A stretch of 64,000 nt of DNA from Podarcis filfolensis (lineage: Eukaryota), in assembly GCA_964270895.1 (NCBI GenBank), contig OZ185437.1. One strand, given 5' to 3'. The notes under the pieces were generated by a model. It worked only from the letters and a program-made list of their open reading frames with translations. It made no database searches and was not told where the DNA came from. Both the position numbers and the translations under genes were made by a program. Positions 36,590 to 59,400 of the stretch are shown piece after piece (position 1 is the first letter of the stretch; every line of letters begins with the position of its first letter).

Positions 36590-37870
36590 TTAGGAAGGCC
36601 GGTCCATAGTAAACAAGACAGGCGAGCAGAGGATGCCCGTCCCAAACAAGCTATCTGAAAAACGCTGGGGGGGTTGGAGGTTTTTTTGAGGGGGGGTGAC
36701 GACAGCCATGAGGAAATGCCCGTAACGGGTGCCCGTAACGCAGGAAAAGGCGCCGAGTTTAACCCCCCCCCCCCCGCTTCGAGTTACGTTAGTCCGGGAA
36801 GGCGCTCCCCGCCCCGCCCGTAGGATGGATGCCCCTTCCCACTTAGGGCCGGCGGGCCTCGGGTCTCTCCTGGAGCCGTAGTAGCGGGGACTGCGGCGGG
36901 CGGATGCGGCCCGCGCGCGAGGAAGCGGAGAGAGGCCGCCACTCACCTCCCGCCCGTGGCGGCCCCGAGGCGTCGTCGTCGTCGTCGTCTCCCGGTTGCA
37001 GCGGGTGCCTCCACGCCGGGGTCGTGTCGCATCAATCAAGCGGGCCCAGCAGCACCTCTGCTTGGAGAAGGCCGCCGCCAACGCCGCCGCCGCGCCAGCA
37101 ACACCACGCTCGCTTCCCGCCCCGCTCTTTATTTGCTGCTTCGCTGCGCTACAAAATGGCGCCGGACAGGGAAATGAGAGGAGCCGCCGCCTCGCCCCTT
37201 CCTTGCCTCCCGCCTCGTCCTAGCGAGAAGGCAGAGCCGCCCGCAGCGCCGAGCCAACCGCTGCCACTCACCCACGGCTCCTCCCCCTTCCTCGGTCGCG
37301 CGCTCCCTCGCGCCGCCTTATTCACACTTACCGGCCCAGCGAGAGAGCGAGAGCGAGCGAGCAACTGCCCCTGCAGCAGCCCTTTGCCTGGCGCCGGGAC
37401 TACTTCCCTCGCACGGCGCTACTGCCCCCCCCCGCCTCCTTCCTTGGTTCGGTCTGCTTTTCTGTTCTCTCTGCGGAAAGAAGCCGCTGTTTGCGCGGAG
37501 AAGGGGGTGAGACGTAAGTATTCGGCCAAAGTTAGCGGGGGACGACGACTGAATGCCCCGCTCCAGTCCCGCGTCTCTACGCAGTTGCAAAGCATGATGG
37601 GAGGAAGCAGGGTGGTAGTAGCGTCGGCGGAAGGATTCGGAATCGTATCGTCTAACCACCTGCAGGAGTGAGGCCGAGCGAGGCGGAAGGAGACTTGATG
37701 GTGCTGGATAAAGATAGTTGCGGCGGCCGCGGTGAAATTCCTACGCAGGGATTTCTTTTGAGTCCACAGGCTTATTTTCGGAAGGAGTGAAAATGGAGCC
37801 GTCGAGTCCGTTCCTATGCAGAATTTGGAAATCGGTGGCATTGAAGGGTCGTCTAACCGTGCACGCGATC
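36590..37870. promoter_or_regulatory. WTAP CpG island promoter, probably bidirectional; YY1 motif AAAATGGCG at 37153-37161
   Basis: Very high CpG density; GC boxes; YY1 core. Confidence 0.85.
36947..37175 (-). other. WTAP: WTAP non-coding exon 1 (5' end approximate)
   Basis: GGGAG|GTGAGT donor; CGCCATTTTGT...CAAATAAAG matches the start of the human WTAP 5'UTR as recalled. Confidence 0.75.
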
Positions 37871-38152
37871 GGGCTGTAATATTGAGTTAGAGTTAGGAAG
37901 CGCGCGTAACTCCCACTGAAATAAGTGGAATTGCAGAATTATGTTTGCATCCAGGATCTTGACAAGTTGTATCTTTTTAGCTGTACCCATGAGGTTAACT
38001 GGAAGGGAACCAGTAAAGTTGATTGGCATTAACTTTAGGACTGACAAATTTATTCAGAGGATTTGCGATTAATTTATGGAATTCACGGGCACAGGATATA
38101 GAATATCTTTTAAAGGGATTCTTCTCAAGTTAGCCACCATAGCTAAACAGTC

Positions 38153-38331
38153 CATAGCTGTCAACTTTCAGATTTGAAAATAATTGATCAGCAGCCTCGA
38201 AAATAAGGGACCAGCAGCCTCACCTGTCCCAGGGACAGTCTACGGGATATCGAACAATCCGGGATAGCAGCGGGAAACGGCACTGGAATAAGGGAATTTC
38301 TCGCAAAAAAAAGGGAAGGTTGACAGCTATG
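38153..38331. mobile_element. hAT MITE
   Basis: TIRs CATAGCTGTCAAC / GTTGACAGCTATG; perfect 8-bp TSD AAACAGTC. Confidence 0.9.
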
Positions 38332-41300
38332 AAACAGTCTTTGTGGTCAGAGGCAAAACTTGAGTGTTGAAACAAAAACAACAGGTGAAAGTTGTCACTT
38401 TTTCTAAAAAAAACATTTTAAACAAAGATAAACCAACTACATATAGAGAGTCATCTATGAATACCCTACAGCACTTTGTCAAAGAGTATAACAAACACAA
38501 ATTAATACATATTAGCCACCATCACTTGAATGGTTGTCCACAGCTAAAAAGTTACTGTATCAGCATCAGTGGTCTGCAGGGTTTATACAAAAGCAGGAGG
38601 GGAGGAGAAAAAAATAATTAAAATATGTGCTTCATGCAAGCCAAACTGTGCTGTAGGCCATAGGCACTGTTCTGCTATATGCCTCATTCTTTGTATAATC
38701 TGCAAAGTCACCCCAGACTGCATAAAAATTACTATATTTCCCCATGCCTCTTGCTATCTTCAATTTTCATGTCAATTTTCCCAATAATGCTACCTGCCAG
38801 ATCACCCTAAACCACCGGTCCTGGCAATGGTCGTCCTTGCCGCGGTTAACAAATTGCTTCTAAGTTCTTTGTTTCTAATTCGTTGTATGTCCTGTACAGG
38901 TTAAGCAGAGCCAGTCCTGGGGTCATGGGTATTGTCTGCCTTGTGATCAAAGATATCTCTGTAAAAACATTTGGTGGGGATCAAATTGGGATTTAGAAAT
39001 TGAAGAAGAAGCATAATGCCAAGATTATGCGCATTCTTATATTGCAGGGAGTTAGACTAGATAATCCTCAGGGTCCCTTAATAATAATAGCAGCTGCTGT
39101 AAGAGATGTCATCGTGTACTTTTGTTTCAGGTAGCAAAATGTCTTGGTCTAGCCTTGAGTTAGGGTTGGAAGGAAAAGTAAGTATTGCATATAATTCAGT
39201 TCCCTCCCAACCTTTCAGTTCTCTCTTATCTATCTCTTTTTTTAAGAACCTTAGCCTCAAAATTTTGAGAAATAAATTGTATTATTCTGGTGACATTTAA
39301 AGTGGGGCAAATGTAACTTGTGAACAATGGCAATGGGCATTATGCAAAGAAATGTGAGAAGGAATTTATTAAAGTGTTTTATTGTAGTTTCAACCTTTGT
39401 AAAACAACAACAACCCTGTCTGTGTTTTCTAAGCAGTGTTGCCTCCAGCACGTTGGCAGGAGTAAAATAAATAAATAAAGTACACTCATCACTAGAGGGC
39501 AGATCTGCTATATTATGAACAGAAAAAGAACTCTGGAATTAACTAACTCCACAAACACATTTTTTTAAGGGGAAAAGTGTGCCTGTTCTCTATAGGGCTG
39601 GTAGAATTACCAGTGTTTACTTAACAGTAGCAATCCGTGTTGTAATTCCGTGGAAATGTCTTGTTTTCCATGTATAAATATTAGTACGTTGACATGGAAG
39701 CCCCCATCTAACACTAATAGTATTTCAAAGTATCTGGACTATACCTATGCATCATTCCTACAGTTTTTAAAATTTCATCATGGGGTTTCCATACTTGTAT
39801 CTGCTAAGTATGGTGATGCAACAGGAAGAGCATCTTCACATGTGTCTGTGGTGCTATTATTTAGTTAAACGACAAAGTGTAAACATATCATCCTTATTTA
39901 CTCAGAAGTGACCCTAAATCAATACGTTCAATTAGATTTACTCCCAGGTAAGGTACTTAGCATTGCCACCTTAAACTGTTATGGATGGTGCTAAGGTCCT
40001 CTGGAGATTCTAGCTCTACAGAAATATGAGGGAATTGTGTCTCGGGGGTCCCGGCACTACTCTGGCATTACAACTCCCAGGTTTTATTACAGGGATGAAG
40101 GAGGAGAGAATAGTTAAATTTACACTTTAAGCTGTAGGCGTACTCACAGAAACTATTACTTTGCTTTTCTCTTTAAAAAAAAAATTCAAAAGGAAAGCTA
40201 TATGTGGCAGTTGAAGAAAAGTGAAGACTGAAAACAGTATCAAGGTGAGTCATGGTATGAACAACCTTTAACAGAACCAGGGCCAATAAGATGAGCTTGT
40301 TCAGAATTTTACTGACAAGCAGAGTTGCCTAAAGAGGTCAAAAGTGGTCAACAATTGCAAAGGGAGAGACTCATAGGAGGTCCAGGCAGTGGGCGACTGT
40401 TCAAGAAGGCAGTCTCAAAACAAGGAATATTAATCCTGGAGGATATGTATCAAATGATATTAGATAATATGTGGTCATAACTCATAAGATCAGGACACAA
40501 GAAAGGTGAAGCAGATGCCACAGCTGGTATTCATAGCTCTTAACGCATTAGAGACTGGAGTAGTCTTGACATAGTGGCTGGGAACTCACAAGAAACAATG
40601 CCCCAGGAGTAACTGCTGTGAAGGCGATTATAATTCAATCCAATCATCTTGGATAATGTTTGTGTCAGAGGTTCTCAGATGGTGTTCTGTGAGCCTCTGG
40701 TAGTCTTATGAGCTCCATTCAGGTGGTCTGTGAAATTCAGCTTTATCGTTGATGGTGGGACCACAGCTACTACACTGGAAAGCTGCAGTAGTAGTAGTCC
40801 CACCAAATATAAATACACACTGTTTAATAGTGAAATCAAATGGGGAAATACCCCAATCTAGAACCATATTTTATTCACTAATTGTTTTAAGTTGATACAG
40901 AATTTGTAGTCAGAACTGTTCTAATAAGTTGATGTATTTCAGTTTTCTAAACTGTTGCAGAATTGTTTGTGATACATAAGAACCATTAATACTTCTGAAC
41001 AATAAATCTTCAAGTTCTTAAAAAGGCATGTGATGTGGAAAATGCAGCCACACATTATGTAACTATATTGTTTGGTTGTTCTGCATTTGGAAACCTCGTA
41101 AGATATCGTAGCCAAATTTTGCATGACGGTTCCTGAGATCAATAAGCAGGTTTGTGTCTATGTATGCATGCCATTTTGAATCAATATGATGGACTGAAAC
41201 TTCCAAAACTGCACTGATTTTTAGTGCATTAGTATTCACAAGCAACACTGGGTTCAAGGTGCTAGTAATGTAAATATTGGTGGTAGTGGGGTGTTTTTAA

Positions 41301-42699
41301 AAAGTTGGAGGAGCAAAATAAAAACTCATCGTGACTACTATCCTGAATACACTTTTGAGTATCCCCTCAGATGTCAGCAGTTTTTATTGAAATAACACAG
41401 TATCGTTTTGACAAAAAGGCATTACGAAATGAACTACTGATATCCACACATAGACCCCTGCAACTATTTGTTAATGTTTATTTAGTGCGCCAAGAGTGGT
41501 AGATTCTTGGCTTCAAATTTTTGCTGGCATTCACCTTCAGAAGGACCTCTTGACTTTCATAGTTGCTGATTTACCAACTTTTCTAAACTATTATTTGATT
41601 ACACTAGCAGTTCACCTTAATGTGACATTTGACCATCATTTGCAGTGATGACATAGGATGGTATCCAGCAAACTTGTTCCATTTCTGTAAGGACTTCCAC
41701 TTGTGCCCTTGTACCTCCCTCTCCTCCTACCATCCAGCCCCCAATCTGTTTTAGGGGTTTCCCTAACCCTGCAGAGCAGATTTGAGGGAGTGCACAAGGA
41801 GGTGAGAGGGAGGGGAAGAGAACAACTTCATTGCAAACAACCCATAGTATATCTTTTTGTTGTATACAGTACTTTAGAATATTCAGAGTACTTCACATAG
41901 AATATCTGTAATTTTACACTATTTCTGTAGGATCAATTACTATTATTCCCATATTGCACATAGGGGACTCCGGTTGAGAAACAGAAGTTTGCCTTTCGCC
42001 TACTTACTCAACAAACTGAATTTTACAAAGGAAAGGGAAGGTGGTATGGCTACTATAAGCCTGCACTGCTTTACTGCTGTTTATCAGCAACTGTAACATG
42101 AATACTCAAGAATAAGAAGTCTCCTTTGAAAAACAGAAGAGAAAGTTGACAGAGCACCATTTGTCACCTACATCTGCTAGCTAGAACATATCATCAATGA
42201 ACTATAGCCCATTTGGGACAAGGATGCTCTCCTGTCAGAGGCCTTGGGTAGCAGGCCTTTCCTTGGTTATAGATCCCCCCCCCCATCTACTTACGGCAAC
42301 AAGCCAAATGGTAGTACCACCAGATCTGCTAGTGCATTAGCACACACATTTACACAAACATCTCTTGCACACATGTTCACTGAAGGGCTAATTTAGCAGA
42401 ATAAAAAAGTATTCGTGGATTCTTTACTGGAGATGATTATGTCCACATATGCGCTTGTATTGGCTTTGATAACCTTACGTCATTTGGGAAATTAACACAG
42501 GCCAATATTAGTATGCTTGCTGCTGCTTGTTATAATTGTAATATTTATTTTAAAATGACTAAAAGTTTAGAGCTAGCTTCATGCCAATATAAAATGATTT
42601 GCAAGTAATAATACAGTTTTGAAGCTTGAAACACCACTATAGAATAATGCTGTACACAAGCAAGGCCTGGACAATATACAGTGCCTGGACAATATACTT

Positions 42700-43050
42700 A
42701 ATTACCATTGCAGAGATTGGGGTGAATAAGCGGAGAGTTATCAAATAGGAATTATGAGGCAGAGTCTTAAAGGCCCAGCTTTGCAGAAATGGAAAAACCA
42801 GAAAAGGATCCATGTCATGAAACAGAAAATTTTGGGAGATAAGAGGAAAGTTGGGATGCAGTATTTACCCATCTGGTAACAGAAGAAAAAGGGAAAAGGC
42901 AGGGTTCTTCACTGTAACTTAGAGGTTTACTACCACAAATGGACTAGCAGTTCACAATGGAGCTCAACGTAATTTGTCGTGCATGTGATTGATCAGATCT
43001 TTTATAAGACAGAATTTAATATAGTTTTATTACATACTATGTAGTAATTC
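42700..43050 (+). mobile_element. Probable L1/Tx1 ORF2 remnant
   Basis: gaaaaagggaaaaggcagggttcttcactgtaacttagaggtttactac resembles the EKGG.G.PNL..YY motif. Confidence 0.3.
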
Positions 43051-43984
43051 ATGATATTTATCTGGTTGGATACTCTTTAGTATTGCATCATATGTTCCAG
43101 GGTTGAATCCCGGCACTGAAAACAGGTTCCAGAGCCAAACTCTGTTTATGTGCTGAGTTTAAGGCACACTAATTTGCATGCTCATATGGGAACTTCTATT
43201 GGCAAATCAGATCAACAAGGAAGAAATTAATGGGGAAATCGTTATCTTGCACAATGACTTTCAGCAAAGCGGAAAAACAAATCTTCAGTGTACAATGTTT
43301 TTGGTGAATCCTGAAGATGCAGGTCTTTACCCTGGTCTAGGACCCCTGAAATATATATTTTCAGGACCAAGACTATTTTTTTTTTGCTAGTGTTTGTAAG
43401 CTTTTTAAGTGTTGTAAACTGTGTTTTTAATTGTTGTAACCTGTCATAGGACCTTAGGGTGAAGGCTGGGTAATAAATTTAATAATTGTTATAATTATAA
43501 TGTTAAGAATGAGTCTGCATTTTAAAGCAAATTGACTGATGATTTAGGTATTAACAAGCAATATGAAAGGAAAAGTTAAGAGTGGGCATGGCTCTTCCAG
43601 GTCTTGGTTGTGACTTTACTTTCTAGAGTTCATGTCTGATTTAATGTTAAAGTGTCTAGAGCTTAAGGATGCTCCCTGGAAAAGAAGCAGCTGGCTGTTT
43701 GACTTGTGCTGATAACATAGTTATAGTTGTGTTGTAAACAAGTAACAATAAATAATTACAACAAATATTCTTCAGATTAACAGCACGCACAAGCTGGGGA
43801 CCCTATTGTGAGGACAAAATGTTCGTCTAATCTCTGATCTCCTTGGGGGGGGGGCAGGGAATAGAAACGATGATAAATCGATCATTTCGAATCGTTTCGG
43901 CGTGGAAACCCCGTGTTAACCTCCCATGGGCTCCTCGGAGGAAGGCTGAGGGAGTGACAACTGCAAGTCCTCAGATTCAGGTAG

Positions 43985-44166
43985 GTAGCCGTGTTGGTCT
44001 GACGCAGTCGAAATATATATATAAAAATGTCCAATAGCACCTTAGAGACCAACTAAGTTTGTTCTGGGCATAAGCTTTCGTGTGCATCTGAAGAAGTGTG
44101 CATGCAGACGAAAGCTTACACCCAGAACAAACTTAGTTGGTCTCTAAGGTGCTACTGGACAATTTT
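43985..44166. mobile_element. Palindromic Penelope-like element with degenerate hammerhead motif
   Basis: gtagccgtgttggtct leader; arms ~44024-44086 and ~44096-44166 are inverted; central CTGAAGAAGTGTGCATGCAGACGAAAGCTT. Confidence 0.75.
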
Positions 44167-44456
44167 GCAAGTCCTCGGTGAAGCTTCCCGCACACTTGCA
44201 TCCTCCATCTTTTTGGCACGGAGACGGCGTCACCTTCAAAGCCTCGCTGGAAGCAAAACCACAACCTCCCTCCTCCCGCCTGTCACGTGACGGCACGCTC
44301 AGCCGAGCCCTCCGTGACGGAGGCGCTTGAGGGGGTGGGAGTAGTCCCGCGCAGCCAATGAGAACGCGCGTGGGATTTTCGGGCGGCGCGAGGCGGCTTA
44401 AAGGCCAGGCGTAAGGTGCTGCAGGACCAGCGGCCGAAGCGGGACCTGGAGGAGGC

Positions 44457-55598
<11,142 letters not shown>

Positions 55599-56049
55599 TG
55601 GAAATGTTTCGGTAATTCTGTATTTGTTGCATGGCTTCTAATTAAAACTGAAACTGTCTTAACTGCCGCCTCTTCCTTCAATTACTGTGACCACGTCACT
55701 ATCTCAGTTCCATCACTGCAAATGCTATATCAACTTTAAATTACTAGTACTGTGTTGAATACAAACAAGTCAAATATACTGAGATCCATATAGTCACGGG
55801 ATAAATATGGCTTAAAATAGCCAATCCCCTCTGCTGGCTGCTGCAGAAAGCACCTTAGTGGGCAGAATCAGTCTCTTGACTTCAGGAAAAGTTAAGCTGT
55901 TCCTTGCCCCACCCCAGCACAGAGCAAAAACCTTGGATACTGCAACTTTAGCGCTAGGCATAACTGCACAGCATTCCTTGGTGTAGAGAACCAAAAGCGT
56001 TGTATAGTGACTTCTGTTAAGCCCTCAAAAGCTCTTAGCCACCTTGCAT

Positions 56050-56055
56050 TTTATT
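56050..56055 (-). terminator. Candidate TCP1 AATAAA poly(A) signal
   Basis: tttatt on + strand about 145 nt past the TCP1 stop. Confidence 0.6.
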
Positions 56056-56200
56056 GCGTGCTTAAATATCAGAACAAATATGAGGACACAGCCATTTTTT
56101 AATTTTAAGTAATTAAGCAGAAGTGCAACAGCTTCATTAACACACTTGTACATACAAGACTACAAAGACTTTTACAGGAACAGTTGGAATAAAAATGCAT

Positions 56201-56417
56201 TTAGTCTTCAATTGCTCCAGAATGAACTGCATCTTCATAGCATCCGCCTTTATCACCTTTACTTTCAGGGTGCAGCTTAATAACATCATCGATTCGAAGA
56301 ATAGTAATTGCAGCTTCTGTTGCAAACTTCAGACTCTTTGTTTTAACCACAGTAGGCTCAAATACACCAGCCTGCTTGTTGTCACGTGGCTTTCCATTGA
56401 TTAAATCAAGACCAATC
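56201..56417 (-). CDS. TCP1: TCP1 exon 12 coding part (217 nt)
   Basis: [24 protein letters not shown]...HSGAIED*. Confidence 0.97.
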
Positions 56418-59400
56418 CTTTAAAAACAAAGTAAATTGGTTTAGATAGGAACATAAACTTTAGATTGGTTTAATATTCCCAAACGAAGAGCTAACTTTTA
56501 ATCCCAATTTGGTAACATTTTTGATACAGTGAGAGCAAGTCAACATTTAGCTCCTGTGCTCTTCCTCAAACTTTTATCCATTTTTGTCAACCTTGTACCT
56601 GAACGCAGTACACCACCAGAAAAACCTACCTTGGCAAAGCTGCCGTTAAAGACACAGGGCTTAAGTCATTTTTTTAAAGATGATTTGTATTAAGTGCTGG
56701 CATATTAAGACTAGAATTGAATGTTTGATAGCTATATGTCATTGGGCTTGTGACAAACAATTCCACTTACCATTTCAAGTTTTTGCGTTCTGGGTTCACT
56801 TGAGCTTCATTGTGAAATGCCCTGAGTTTTGCAACAAGATCTATAGCATCTTGAGCAGCATTGACTGCTAAAGTGTTTGGAATAACCAGAAGCGATCTTG
56901 CAAATTCTGCAATAGCAAGCTGTTCACGTGATCCCTAATTAAAAAAGAATTATATATTAGCATTTCAGAACTGTAATGCAAAAGAACAATGCCTTATTAG
57001 CAATAAATAGTCTATTGTGCTGAAAGTTGGTTGAAGTGATCCCATATAGGTATTCAGAATAAACCTATCCATTTTTAAAATCAATCTTACATTTAAAAAT
57101 TCCCAATGCATCTTTCAACAATTATTAAGTGAATTATGGCTGCTCTCAACTGAAAAAAAGAACTCCAAAGCTACAATAAAACGAAGTTCACAGGCAGAAG
57201 TGTTTCCAAACATTTATTAACTAGAAACTTACCATGCTGGTTGCATAATTTTCTAGGTAAATAGAAAGTGCTGCTTCAACTGCACCACCTCCTGGAACCA
57301 CAGACTTTGACTCTAATACTCTTTTGACAACACAAAGAGCATCATGCAAGGATCGCTCCATTTCATCACACATGAAGTCATTTGCTCCTCGTAATATAAT
57401 GGCAGCTGTAGTCCGTGCCTTAGTACTGTTTCAGAAAGACAAAGTGAAAGGTCCTTATTCCTGAGTTAGTTATCAAAAAAATTAATAGCTAATCTAACCA
57501 ACCCTATTTAGCTATATTTTTGAGTTACTCATTTTTCATTATGTAGTTAACAACAACTGAATTGTGTCCAGTTTTATCAAGAAAATTCATGGTCTCAGAC
57601 TAATTACAGAGGACTGAAAATAATCTATCCCACACATATAACTGCTCACACAATTTAAAAGGCATCATGGCAACTATCAAACAGGAAATTTCAAAAGATG
57701 TAGCAAAATATGCTGGTGCTAATACTTTATGCAAGAGAATAATTCTTACTTCTTGATTAAGATTAATTCATCATCACAAATTCTTTCTTGAACCACTTCT
57801 TCTGCTTGTCCCAACATTGACGCTTCAAAAGTTTCTTCACCTTCCAGATTTGCCAGGGTTGAACAGAGAGTGGCTTATAAAAAACAACACACAAGCAAGG
57901 CCTTTAGTATGCTTCACAAAAGCCACTTTCATTATTCCAAACAATCTCACTCATATTTGGGTTTTTAAGGTCCAACAAGTGGCAGTAAGCAACGTGTTTC
58001 TATATATTTAACTTCACTACTAACAAAACTAGAAAGCTGTGGTGTTAAGATTTAACACTGAGACGTCTGTAGTTACCTCCAGAAGCCTTAGCAATGCGTT
58101 TAAGATCTCTTTTTAGAACTCTGCGTACTCCCATGGCACCAGCATCCGCAAAGTATTTCAGACACATATCATCAATTCCACCAGTAGTCAAAACGACATT
58201 TGCGCCTGTGGCCAAGATCTTATGAATTTTCTCTTTAGTGATGTCAGCCTCTCTGCATGAGAGAGTAGGCATGCATTAGTTAAACAGAAACAAACTCAAA
58301 TATGAAATTAGTGGTCGAAAAGATAAAATGCTCCATAAAACTAGCTGTGATTTAATGTGTGATCTATCTTCCCAATTATATTAATATCCATTTCATATAA
58401 AATGCTTTCCAGACACGCATACAGGGCCTCTGCTAAAGAGCTTTAAAGAACAAAAGTAGCATTTTGAAATGAGTTGGATGCCTGTGCAAATGACATGTGA
58501 TCATAATGCCCAGTCCCATATAAAATCTTTGCAGATATATCTCAGGTTAACTGTAGTTTCCAAACCATCTTCAAAGACAGCTCTACATACTATACAATTG
58601 TCTCATTTGAAGGTTACCAGAACATGCATCACCACTATCAGAGACTGGTAAATTAATAAAGTGTACAACTTTTCCATCCAAACCCAGCTGTCTAGCAATA
58701 GACAGAAGCATAAGCCTGTGAGATAGCTGAGTTAGTAACTCCCAACTCCTATGCTCTCAGAATTATGGGTTTAAGCCCCGTATGGGACAAAAATATTCCT
58801 ACATTGCAGGGGGTTGGATTAGATGACCGTTGTGGTCCTTTCCAACTCTACCATTCTATGATACAAAGGTTGCTAGACCCCACAAAAAGATGGAGCTACA
58901 TCAGATGTAGCCCTACTGCAGCCTTTCTTTATAAGGTGCCCGCCAAGGTATTAGTGGCACTAAAACTTCCATGCAAGAGCACTGGTCAGATAACAGAAGT
59001 TGTAGTCAAAACATCTGGAATGCACTAGGTTTGAGAAGGCAGCTGTACTGCTTTCAGTTATGGCACACAATTACAAAGATGGAGCTCCTTATTCAGGTAG
59101 ATGAGGAGGCAAACTTGTGGGAAGGTAAACTGATTTAACTGATTTTAAATTAGCCATGAGCTTAGATTCACACACCAACACTTAATTAAAAGAAATCTGC
59201 TGCTGCTCTTTATAATCAACTTTAATTGAGCTGATTCTTTGCAAGAATAGTGATACAGTTTGGAACACACTGCTTAAAAATTCTTAAGATTCCGTGTTTG
59301 CCCCTGGTTCTTTTTAAACATGTTTCACTATCTAAGACAAGCCTGAAACCTATATATACACACTATCGTTTTAGTTCCAAGTGTCCATACCTCTGCCTAA

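Noticed and set aside
36971-36989. (GAC)n as m6A sites in the WTAP leader
   Set aside because: CGACG context does not fit the DRACH consensus.
36904-37841. 255 aa and other ORFs in the WTAP CpG island
   Set aside because: Low-complexity Pro/Ala/Arg-rich GC artefacts with no recognisable domain.
17165-44166. The two Penelope palindromes as recombination breakpoints of the WTAP inversion
   Set aside because: Attractive because they flank WTAP, but each palindrome's arms share their own diagnostic variant (ttcttgg versus ttctggg). An exchange at the centres should have produced chimeric arm pairs. Exchange followed by gene conversion cannot be excluded.
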